Assembly: GCF_000009705.1 (NCBI RefSeq)
Contig: NC_003272.1
Coordinates: 750,001 to 782,000 of the forward strand
Length of the DNA: 32,000 nucleotides
Direction of reading: 5' to 3'
Source: Nostoc sp. PCC 7120 = FACHB-418
GTDB taxonomy: Bacteria; Cyanobacteriota; Cyanobacteriia; Cyanobacteriales; Nostocaceae
The notes beneath the pieces are model-generated. The model was not told the origin of the DNA, ran no database searches, and saw only the letters and a program-made list of their open reading frames with translations. A program made the translations under genes and the position numbers. This document shows, piece after piece, positions 17,105 to 25,546 of this stretch. Positions within the stretch are counted from its first letter, which is position 1. Each line of letters starts with the position of its first letter.

Positions 17105-19003
17105 ATGCTTAACTCAATTTACTCCAGAGAAGTTTATGATATCTTCAATCAGGCTAAATGTAATGCTCTGAACAAAGCCACGAAAAGTGTCCAAGTTGGC
17201 GATGAGGTGAAAGAAATTCCTTCGCCTTTTCCATCACCAGCCGATTGGCGCGATCTATGGATTTACTTTATTATGACAGACCGCTTTAATAATCCATCTG
17301 CGCCACCTACAATGTCTTGGAATGCTTTTGATGGTAATGATTTTTTAGGTAAAAAAGCTTTGGGTTTTCAAGGTGGTACTTTTGAAGGTATCCGTCAACA
17401 ATTAGGATACTTAGAAAAATTAGGAGTAGGAGCGATTTGGATCACTCCTCCTTTCAAAAATTGCCAGTATGAACCTACATACCACGGCTATGGAATTCAA
17501 GATTTTTTACAAATTGATCCACGATTTGCTAGTAACAAAGATAATCCAGAAGCAGAATTACAAGCACTAATTGATGAGGCTCATGCACGCGGTATTTATG
17601 TGATTTTTGATATTGTACTTAACCATACAGGTAACGTTTTCAGTTATTTTATTGAGGGCAAAAATGTCAAATCAACTGAGACCGACAGAGATCTGCCACT
17701 ACTCCCATATGATATTAAATGGCATAATAAAACAGGCGAGCCACAGTGGATAAATGCACCAGATGATCAAGATCCTGACCTTCATCCTAATGCAGCAGTA
17801 TGGCCTAGAGAACTTTGTAAAAATGAGTATTTTCGCAGGAGAGGCACTCGAAAAGGTGATACTGGGGAAGGCGGAGATTTTACTGATTTGCGAGAGCTAT
17901 TGACTGAGAAAGAAGAAGTACGTAATATCTTAATTCGGATTCATCAATATTTAATTGCCAAGTTTGATATTGACGGATTTCGGATTGATACTTTGCGATT
18001 TATTGAGCCAGAGTTCGCCAGAATTTTTGGTAATTCCATGCATGAATTTGCTTTAAGCATTGGTAAGAAAAATTTCTTTAGCTTTGGTGAGGTATGGGCT
18101 GACGAAGACAAGACAGAGAAGAAAATTAGCCAATTTATTGGTCGTAAAGCGACGGAACCAGGTGATTTATTAGGTATTGATGCAGCACTTGATTTCCCCT
18201 TATTCTTCAAACTCCGTTATGTGTTGAAAGGATTACAACCAATAAAAGAACTAGCTGAGGTCTATGAAAAGCGTAAGGAAAGTCTGCGCGGTATTATCAG
18301 TTCTCATGGTGAAGTTAGCAAATTTCTGGTGACATTCCTTGATAATCATGATTGGAAGAGACGCTTTTACTACAGTAACCCAGCAAATCCTCAAAAGTTT
18401 GATGACCAACTAACTTTAGGGATTACCTGTTTGTTTGCCTTACAAGGGATACCCTGCATATACTACGGCACAGAACAGGGACTCAATGGTTATCTTACCG
18501 AAAATCGCGATTTTGGGGATCTTGTAGTTCGTGAAGCTTTATGGGGTAAACCAGGCGGCGGCTTTAAGCAAGACCACCCGTTCTATAAAACAATTGCAAA
18601 GTTATCAGAATACCGCAATAGCCATCCGGCACTGCGTTATGGAAGGCAGTATTTTCGTCCTATATCTGGCGATCGCATTAATTATGCCATTTCTCCCTAC
18701 CCGTCTGGTGTCCTGGCGTTCTCTCGCATCTTGAATGAGACAGAAGTGGTTGTGGTAGCAAATACGAACACAGAATTTACTCAGTCTGTTTATGTAATAG
18801 TTGATGACAATCTCCATTCTGAAAACCCTACTTTCAAGATTTTATTTAGCAATAAATCTAGGGATAACAGTATTCAACCGGAAAAAGTTGAAGAACATCA
18901 CGGTGTCAATATCACCGAAGTTAATGGTCACAAGAATTATGGGCCAGTACGAGTGATGAAAGTAACTCTCCAACCGATGGAAGTACAAATTTTAGTGAAA
19001 TAG
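17105..19003 (+). CDS. Alpha-amylase family (GH13) glycoside hydrolase
   Basis: GGAGAGAGA Shine-Dalgarno precedes the ATG. GH13 conserved regions are present: YVIFDIVLNHTG, DGFRIDTLRFI, FGEVW and FLDNHD. Confidence 0.88.
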   Translation: MLNSIYSREVYDIFNQAKCNALNKATKSVQVGDEVKEIPSPFPSPADWRDLWIYFIMTDRFNNPSAPPTMSWNAFDGNDFLGKKALGFQGGTFEGIRQQLGYLEKLGVGAIWITPPFKNCQYEPTYHGYGIQDFLQIDPRFASNKDNPEAELQALIDEAHARGIYVIFDIVLNHTGNVFSYFIEGKNVKSTETDRDLPLLPYDIKWHNKTGEPQWINAPDDQDPDLHPNAAVWPRELCKNEYFRRRGTRKGDTGEGGDFTDLRELLTEKEEVRNILIRIHQYLIAKFDIDGFRIDTLRFIEPEFARIFGNSMHEFALSIGKKNFFSFGEVWADEDKTEKKISQFIGRKATEPGDLLGIDAALDFPLFFKLRYVLKGLQPIKELAEVYEKRKESLRGIISSHGEVSKFLVTFLDNHDWKRRFYYSNPANPQKFDDQLTLGITCLFALQGIPCIYYGTEQGLNGYLTENRDFGDLVVREALWGKPGGGFKQDHPFYKTIAKLSEYRNSHPALRYGRQYFRPISGDRINYAISPYPSGVLAFSRILNETEVVVVANTNTEFTQSVYVIVDDNLHSENPTFKILFSNKSRDNSIQPEKVEEHHGVNITEVNGHKNYGPVRVMKVTLQPMEVQILVK

Positions 19004-19006
19004 GAA

Positions 19007-19051
19007 TAACATATTTGAGACTCTCAATTCGTGAAAGTCTCAAATATGTTA
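19007..19051. terminator. Bidirectional terminator hairpin between convergent genes
   Basis: Perfect 16-bp stem TAACATATTTGAGACT (19007-19022) / AGTCTCAAATATGTTA (19036-19051) lies between the amylase stop (19003) and the WD40 ORF stop (19057). Confidence 0.7.
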
Positions 19052-19056
19052 CTTCA

Positions 19057-21861
19057 TCATTGTTGGGCGATGGGGCGTATCCCGTCGCATAAACTTTTTT
19101 CATCAGGGTTCACATTGGGATTATTTTGCAAATAATCTCGCGCCCAATCACAACCACGCACTAGTAATTGATCTAAATCATCTAGATATAAATGCCAAAC
19201 CACGATATCATACCTGCTACCAGTGGCTAGAGTCTTACCATCAAGACTAAACCGCAAACTCCAAACTGCATCTTTATAGCCTCGCAGGGTACGCAGTTCT
19301 TGACCGTTAATGTTCCAGATTTTTACAGTATTATCACCACTGGCAGTGGCAATGAGTTTACCATCTGGGCTGAAGGTAACATTATGAACTACATTTTTAT
19401 GTCCTCGCAGAGTTCGCAATTCTTTGCCATCAAGATTCCAGATTTTTACAGTATTATCCCAACTAGCACTAGCAATCAGCTTACCATCTGGGCTGAAGGT
19501 GACGCTGTTAATACCACTTGTATGTCCCGTTAAAGTCTTCTGTAATCGACCATCAATACTCCAGATTTTCACTGTTTTGTCCCAACCAGCCGTAGCAATT
19601 AATTTACCATCTGGGCTGAACACTGCGCTATTAACTACACTACTCTGACGTGGGAGAGTTTTAAGCAATTCACCGTCTCGATTCCAGAGTTTGACAGTTT
19701 TGTCTTCACTAGCCGTAGCAATTAACTGACCATCCGGGCTGAAATTGACACTCCAAACTGTATCTTTGTGTCCTGTAAGAGTTTTCTGTAATGTACCATC
19801 TAGATTCCAGAGTTTGGCGGTTTTATCCCAACTCGTCGTAGCAATGTACTTACCATCTGGGCTAAAACTCAGCTTATTTACCCTGCCTTGATGCCCGTTG
19901 AAGGTTCGCAGTTCTTGAAGTTTATCCCCTACAATACTCCAGAGTTTGGCGGTTTTATCCCAACTAGCCGTAGCAATGTACTTACCATTTGGGCTAAATA
20001 CTAGGTCGAAGACCTCATCTTCATGACCCCGAACAATAATGCTGTTAGGACTGTTGAGTTTCCAGATTTTAGCCGTTTTGTCATTACCAGCTGTAGCGAT
20101 GGATGTGCCATCAGGACTAAACGCGACGCTATTAACTGCATCAGTGTGTCCGTAGAGGGTTTCTAGTTCTTGACCTTTGCTGTTCCAAAGTTTGACAGTT
20201 CTGTCACCACTAGCTGTAGCAATCAGTTTGCCGTCGGGACTGAATGTCACACTGTTCACCCCATTTTGATGACCTCTGAGGGTTTGCAGTTCTTTTCCGT
20301 CTAAACTCCAAAGTTTGACAGTTCTGTCACCACTGGCTGTAGCAATTTGTTTACCATCTGGGCTAAAGCTGACGCTCCAAATCATATCTTGATGTCCTCT
20401 AAAAGTTCGCAATTCCTTGCCATCAAGATTCCAGAGTTTCATGGTGTTGTCCCAACCGACAGTGGCAATTAGCTGACCGTCTGGGCTAAAGGTGATGCTG
20501 TTGACCTTATCTTTATGTCCTTCCAGGGTGTGCAGGAGTTTACCTTCTCGACTCCAGAGTTTAACTGTGTTGTCCCAACTAGCCGTAGCAAGTAGCTGAC
20601 TATCAGGACTAAAGGCGACTTCCAAAACTGCTTCTTTATGTCCGTCAAGAGTGTGGAGGCGTTTACCTTCTCGACTCCAAATTTTTGCCGTGTTGTCCCA
20701 ACTGCCGGTAGCCATCAGTGTACCATCGGGGCTGAAGGCAACGCTATTAAAACCCTCTCCTTTCTCTTCTCGCAGTACGACTAACTGTTTTTTACCGTCA
20801 AGACTCCAAATTTTGACTGTTTTATCTCTGCTGGCGGTGGCAATAAATTTACTATCAGGGCTAAAACTCACACTCTCTAGCATTCCATCATGTTCTGCTA
20901 AACGATTTTTCTCTCTGACGAAGTTGATGGACTGTTGTAGAGTCTCGGTAATTTGAGTGCGAGTGTTAGCATCAATTCCATCAGTGCCTTTGATGCGCCT
21001 ACCAGCTCTAATACTGGCAATTAACCCATCAAACTCTAGATTTGCATTAAGGAAGCTTTCGGCTGATGAGCTGATTGCTTTAGTTTCGCTCATCCGTGCC
21101 TTTTGTCCTTGCAACCAAGCAACCCCAGCCAGACCAAGGGCTAAGATTAAGCCTGTGACTAGGGATGAAATCCCGATTTTACGTATGCGCTGCTGCTGTT
21201 TGACCTCAAGTTCTCTCAGTTCCCCACTCTTATTAATGAACCTGATTTCATTTGTATTGAGTTCTTGTGCGCGTTGTAACTGCCATTCTTGGGCATCTAT
21301 CAAGGCCTTACCTCGTAATAGCACCCCTTGATCATGTCCGCTATTTTCCCATAGGCGAATTGCTAACCGTAATTGTTCGCGCCAGCGTAGAAAATCACCA
21401 TCCACAATTAGCCACTGTTCCAGTCGTCCCCAGCTTCTAATTAAGGCTTCATGGACGATTTCTACTGTTTCTTCTGCCGTGGACTCATTACGGTTGGTCA
21501 CTACTAGACGTGAAGAAGCTAAACGTGTGACTAAATCCCAGTTTTCTAGCCTGACTTCCTCACGAGTTGTCAACCGTCGGGTAGCTTCTGTGTCATCTCC
21601 TAAACGTACCAATTGGATAAATATTTGTTGCGCCCTTTGCCTATCTGCTTCGGTTAGCTGGGCATATACAGCCTCAGCATGGTTAGCCAAGGCTTCTTCT
21701 ACACCACCAATTTCTTGATAAGCTTGATGAGTTAAGAGCCTATTTTGCTGTTTTGACCATAATTGGGTAAGGGCAAACTCAAGTAAAGGTAAATGTCCTG
21801 GCTGTTGGTCTATCTCGTCGATTAATTGATTGGTTAATCCTGCTTCTAGTCCTATCTGCAT
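19057..21861 (-). CDS. C-terminal part of a frameshifted CHAT-STAND NTPase-WD40 protein: NTPase helical/winged-helix region, one TM helix, 14 WD40 repeats
   Basis: 934-aa ORF. It begins mid-domain (QIGLEAGLTNQLIDEIDQQPGHLPLLEFALTQLW). The TM helix is IGISSLVTGLILALGLAGVAWL. There are 14 repeats of the type GH.d.V.SV.FSPDGk.IATAS.DkTvKLW. The conserved tail is LLVRGCDWARDYLQNNPNV. Confidence 0.9.
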   Translation of the reverse strand: MQIGLEAGLTNQLIDEIDQQPGHLPLLEFALTQLWSKQQNRLLTHQAYQEIGGVEEALANHAEAVYAQLTEADRQRAQQIFIQLVRLGDDTEATRRLTTREEVRLENWDLVTRLASSRLVVTNRNESTAEETVEIVHEALIRSWGRLEQWLIVDGDFLRWREQLRLAIRLWENSGHDQGVLLRGKALIDAQEWQLQRAQELNTNEIRFINKSGELRELEVKQQQRIRKIGISSLVTGLILALGLAGVAWLQGQKARMSETKAISSSAESFLNANLEFDGLIASIRAGRRIKGTDGIDANTRTQITETLQQSINFVREKNRLAEHDGMLESVSFSPDSKFIATASRDKTVKIWSLDGKKQLVVLREEKGEGFNSVAFSPDGTLMATGSWDNTAKIWSREGKRLHTLDGHKEAVLEVAFSPDSQLLATASWDNTVKLWSREGKLLHTLEGHKDKVNSITFSPDGQLIATVGWDNTMKLWNLDGKELRTFRGHQDMIWSVSFSPDGKQIATASGDRTVKLWSLDGKELQTLRGHQNGVNSVTFSPDGKLIATASGDRTVKLWNSKGQELETLYGHTDAVNSVAFSPDGTSIATAGNDKTAKIWKLNSPNSIIVRGHEDEVFDLVFSPNGKYIATASWDKTAKLWSIVGDKLQELRTFNGHQGRVNKLSFSPDGKYIATTSWDKTAKLWNLDGTLQKTLTGHKDTVWSVNFSPDGQLIATASEDKTVKLWNRDGELLKTLPRQSSVVNSAVFSPDGKLIATAGWDKTVKIWSIDGRLQKTLTGHTSGINSVTFSPDGKLIASASWDNTVKIWNLDGKELRTLRGHKNVVHNVTFSPDGKLIATASGDNTVKIWNINGQELRTLRGYKDAVWSLRFSLDGKTLATGSRYDIVVWHLYLDDLDQLLVRGCDWARDYLQNNPNVNPDEKSLCDGIRPIAQQ
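19192..20892 (-). repeat. Tandem coding repeat array of 14 WD40 units, about 123 nt each
   Basis: I counted 14 FSPDG/FSPDS/FSPNG/FSLDG cores in the translation. The 41-aa periodicity is visible at nucleotide level (recurring ccatctgggctgaa / tttgacagtt strings). Confidence 0.85.
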
Positions 21862-23689
21862 TTTTTTTAGCAGGTTCTTCTATCACCCGACGCAATTCCT
21901 TCATATTCATGGGGCCAAGGTTCTGCACTGCTCCTTGCAAGGCATCACTAAAGGGACGGTAAGAAAGAGCATAGCTGTAAAAGTCAGCCCGCAGGGTTAA
22001 AACGATGGTGAAGGCGGGAGTGAAACTATAAGCATTGAGTAATAAATCTAAAAAAGGCTGACGTTGTGGTTCTGGACAAAGGGTGTAAAGTTCCTCAAAC
22101 TGATCTGCTATGAGTAGTAAACGAGTGCCAAATTTTTGCTGCACAACCTTTTCTAGGATGGTGTGTAGTAATTGATGGTTTTGTTGTAATGCGATCGCTA
22201 AATCTAATTCTAGTAAGCGAGTAGTGGTACTATCTTCTGGCAACTCTAGGATGTTTTCTAGGGAAAAAGAGGGACAACACTGTCGTAAACTCACTAATGC
22301 AGTCGCCAAAGCTTCAAAGGGATTTTTCCCTGGACGAAAAGAAATGATTTGCCATTGCACATTCGGGTCTTGTCGTAACTGGGGAGTCAACCCAGCAAAC
22401 ACTAAACTAGACTTACCACTGCCACTAGCCCCCACTACAGCCACAAACCGCTTTCTTTTCACCGCCTTGACTAAATCAGCCGTGAATTCTTCTCTGCCAA
22501 AAAATAAGTGTGCATCTTCTTCTCGGAAAGCAAATAAACCACGATATGGACAAGGGGGTATGCCGCCCAATTGCAACCAAGTTGGTGGTTCTACAGATGG
22601 GTTTTGAAAAATTACGGGCAACCAAGAAGCACAGGGAAAGTCATCTTCTAATCCTTGTAACTGTCTGCGTGCCTGTTGTACTGCTAAATATAAAGTTTGA
22701 CGCTTGATAGCGAAAGCTTCCAGAAAATTTTGGAAAAACTGCTGGGCGACACAATTTGGCACTGGTTCTCGCATGATAATCACTTGGGGAATATGCAGTT
22801 TTCCCAAAGCATTCGCCAATCCCAGTCCATCACAGGAGTTGAAAATAGCTAACTTTAAACCTCTATCAATGGCTGCGGTGAGAGCTTCCTCTAATTCTCC
22901 AATTGTCAGGCTATTGTTTGTGGGATTGTCATTGATATAAATTATGCCTGTGTCACCTTTGCTTTGACTATGACCTGCAAAAAATAAGATGTCCCAACCT
23001 AAAGAGTCCCAAAGCTGTTTGTTAAATTCTTGACGCGAGGGCTGATTTAGCTGCACAACTTCGGCAATATTCTCTAATTCTTTCAGAAAAGTGGCTTCTC
23101 TTTGCAAGTCAATACCTTGGCTATTGCCCAAAATAGCTAAAATTCTGACTTTGTTTCTGTTGCATAGGGATTGTGTCGCATCTCTTCGTTGATACTCTGT
23201 CCGGGAAAGTCCTAGTTCTGCTTGAGGATAATCTCGAAAAAAGTCCCAGCAATGCCAGGGTAGCCGCCGTAAACTGTCATCGTTGGTTTCTAGAATGACT
23301 CGAATTTCTTCATTGCGGTTAAGTTGCGATCGCAATTGTCTTTCAATTTCTAGAAACTCTACTGACTTAAGCCAAGTATTAATATTATCTCGTAGCTGTT
23401 TACATAATTCATCAAAATCGAGTAGAGACACGTTTGTTATCGCGCCTAATTCTATTTCCAGTTGGTCATCTTCCTCTAACAATGCAGAACGCATTGGTTG
23501 ACGAGTACATAAAGCTTGATAATTGGTACGCCAATGTCTATAGAGTTCTAGTAAATTTGGTGCAGCTGGTAAGCTACCAAGAAACTGCTCTGGCGCATGA
23601 TGACTTGCTGACCAAAGTTGAGTCGTCACGCTGGGAAATCCAGTATACAAATCACCATTACCCAAATTTATGACAATTGTCTTGCTCAT
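21779..23689 (-). CDS. N-terminal part of the same protein: CHAT (caspase-like) protease domain plus STAND P-loop NTPase core
   Basis: 636-aa ORF. It has a CHAT-like His/Cys dyad (ILFFAGHSQS at about aa 240; AIFNSCDGLG at about aa 286). PYRGLFAFREEDAHLFFGRE is followed by Walker A VVGASGSGKSS and Walker B LLLIADQFEE. The last 27 aa are out-of-frame junk after the A8 tract at 21861-21868. Confidence 0.9.
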   Translation of the reverse strand: MSKTIVINLGNGDLYTGFPSVTTQLWSASHHAPEQFLGSLPAAPNLLELYRHWRTNYQALCTRQPMRSALLEEDDQLEIELGAITNVSLLDFDELCKQLRDNINTWLKSVEFLEIERQLRSQLNRNEEIRVILETNDDSLRRLPWHCWDFFRDYPQAELGLSRTEYQRRDATQSLCNRNKVRILAILGNSQGIDLQREATFLKELENIAEVVQLNQPSRQEFNKQLWDSLGWDILFFAGHSQSKGDTGIIYINDNPTNNSLTIGELEEALTAAIDRGLKLAIFNSCDGLGLANALGKLHIPQVIIMREPVPNCVAQQFFQNFLEAFAIKRQTLYLAVQQARRQLQGLEDDFPCASWLPVIFQNPSVEPPTWLQLGGIPPCPYRGLFAFREEDAHLFFGREEFTADLVKAVKRKRFVAVVGASGSGKSSLVFAGLTPQLRQDPNVQWQIISFRPGKNPFEALATALVSLRQCCPSFSLENILELPEDSTTTRLLELDLAIALQQNHQLLHTILEKVVQQKFGTRLLLIADQFEELYTLCPEPQRQPFLDLLLNAYSFTPAFTIVLTLRADFYSYALSYRPFSDALQGAVQNLGPMNMKELRRVIEEPAKKNADRTRSRINQSINRRDRPTARTFTFT

Positions 23690-23929
23690 GATGATTATAT
23701 AGATTGAGTAAAGCCATTTTTATATACAACCTGAATTTATAGCTTTTTGTATATTTTTGCTAGATATCTTTGCAAAAATGATACTTTTCTCCTATGAATA
23801 TTTATAGGTTTTTTATCTTTAAAGAAATAATATTTTACTTGTTACAAAATATTGTAATTTATTCGTCAGTGCTAAAGTCTTGATTCTATTCAGGTAACTT
23901 CTTGTTGGCGCAGCCTCTGGCAAAAGAAC

Positions 23930-24103
23930 CTACTGGCGTGTCAAAGCTAAAGTAGTGCAAAAATATAGGGGTAGGTTGAGTTGAAGCTTTGCGTAGGCGA
24001 AGCCTTCCCGCAGGGTAACCCAACACCACGATCAAAGTTGGGTTTCCTAATGTCAACCCAACCTACAATTTTTTGCAACATTTTAGCCTTGCCACGCTAC
24101 TAG
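23930..24103. mobile_element. Palindromic MITE-like element of about 175 bp
   Basis: Outer arms are CGTGTCAAAGCTAAAGTAGTGCAAAAA (23937-23963) versus TTTTTGCAACATTTTAGCCTTGCCACG (about 24069-24096). Inner arms are GTAGGTTGAGTTGA (23971-23984) versus TCAACCCAACCTAC (24053-24066). The core is AACCCAAC...GTTGGGTT. It resembles the GGGTTGGGTT-type cyanobacterial MITEs. Confidence 0.6.
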
Positions 24104-24302
24104 AAAAAATGATTGACAGTGATGTAATCATTTATGTGTACACCGTAGACAAAAACAAAAGAAAATTAACATTCTCAATACAAAGAAAATAATTATTTTT
24201 TTGCTGCTTGTGACAGTGCTAATACTTTATAATTCCAAGCGTTAATGAATATTAAATTATTAATTTAATTATTTGAATTCTGCAAGATAATATTAATTTT
24301 TC

Positions 24303-25370
24303 CTATAATTCAAAATTTTCTTTAATAGTAATATTGTCTAAGCTGACCTCAATACTAAACTGTTTTCCTATTTCTCCCTGAAAAGGATTCAGTTGAATAT
24401 AACTATCTTGACTTCTAGATATAACTTCACACAGCGATTTTCCTGCCTTTGATAGTAAAGTTAGCTTGAGATTAGGCTGTAAAAACTTTGTTTCTCCGCT
24501 TGGATGCAACTGGATTAATACACGTAATTTTTCTTCAGCCTCTTCTTTAATATTGACCAACATGACAACAGGATAGTTGCCAAGTTGCATTTCTAAGTTA
24601 ATAATTTTACCCCGCTTGATGCTCTCAGCATTATTTCTGATATTTAAAGCTAAATTAATATCTGGATTAATCAATGCAGCAATTGACTGCCATTCATCGA
24701 GAAAAATCCCCCGTAACCATTGGCTCAATTTAGTTTTATTTTGAGGCAACAATTGTATTAAATTATCTTCGTTGTTGACTGTCGTTAACACAGGTAAAGG
24801 AATGGTATGAGCATCTAAAAAACGGCAGTAAAATAAAATGTGATTTGGTTCTGGATCAAATTCTGCTAGTGGTAGTTGATAACAACCATTCCTTGGTTGT
24901 AAATTCATCTTATCTCTATAACTAACTAGTTGGTCGTAACGTAAAATACCTCGAAGAACTAATTCTGCTTGCTCTTCTAATACTTCAACTACAACATATA
25001 AATGAGCTATCGCTTCTGGCTTAATAATAGTATCTTCAGGTATATTTACTAATTCATCTAGTAGATGTTCCGTAACGATTAAACAAAATTTAAATTCACC
25101 TAATTGGATATGAGTAAAATTATCAATAATTTGATTGTTTTGTTTAATAAGTTGTTCTGGTAGGTTTTCTTTGAGCCATTTAGCAAATCCTAATGATGCC
25201 AGTACATTTAAATATGTTTGCCACTGTTTGAATTCACCAACTACCTGCTGACTAAGTTTTCTTGCTGAGTCAAAACATTCTGGTTCTAACCAAATTGATT
25301 CTGATAACAATAATCTCAATTTATTGTTTTTTTCATGGTTCTTAATCATTATTTTTATCCTTGATTTCAA
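24303..25370 (-). CDS. DUF1822-family protein (cyanobacterial, function unknown)
   Basis: 355-aa ORF. The N-terminal pattern ...ARKLSQQVVGEFKQWQTYLNVLASLGFAKWLKENL... matches my memory of DUF1822. The gene is AT-rich. An alternative ATG start at 25349 has AAGGA upstream. Confidence 0.7.
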   Translation of the reverse strand: MKSRIKIMIKNHEKNNKLRLLLSESIWLEPECFDSARKLSQQVVGEFKQWQTYLNVLASLGFAKWLKENLPEQLIKQNNQIIDNFTHIQLGEFKFCLIVTEHLLDELVNIPEDTIIKPEAIAHLYVVVEVLEEQAELVLRGILRYDQLVSYRDKMNLQPRNGCYQLPLAEFDPEPNHILFYCRFLDAHTIPLPVLTTVNNEDNLIQLLPQNKTKLSQWLRGIFLDEWQSIAALINPDINLALNIRNNAESIKRGKIINLEMQLGNYPVVMLVNIKEEAEEKLRVLIQLHPSGETKFLQPNLKLTLLSKAGKSLCEVISRSQDSYIQLNPFQGEIGKQFSIEVSLDNITIKENFEL

Positions 25371-25546
25371 TTAAATTCAAATATCCATGTAAAATCCAGC
25401 AGTCTTTACGCATGAAATACAAAATTATCAGAGTAAATACATGAGGTCGTGATTGAGCCTTATCGAAGTACAGAATTTGTCAGAAAATGTATTTGTTAAG
25501 TCCTCAATTTTGTGCATCATTTAATCATAAACTGCTGTGATTTTGG

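Noticed and set aside
19192-20892. Regular repeat of about 123 nt considered as a possible CRISPR array
   Set aside because: The whole array is one continuous open reading frame encoding WD40 blades. There is no alternation of short identical repeats with unique spacers, and no cas genes are present.
19300-21718. Plus-strand track ORFs 19300..19533, 19424..19648, 20651..20956, 20957..21331 and 21479..21718
   Set aside because: These are antisense shadow ORFs inside the WD40/STAND gene. Their repetitiveness (e.g. LPSRLQIF..VLSQL.VAI) only mirrors the WD40 repeat on the opposite strand.
22224-23673. Plus-strand track ORFs 22224..22607, 22510..22707, 22704..22940, 23283..23501 and 23434..23673
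   Set aside because: They are antisense to the CHAT/NTPase ORF, which carries strong catalytic and P-loop motifs.
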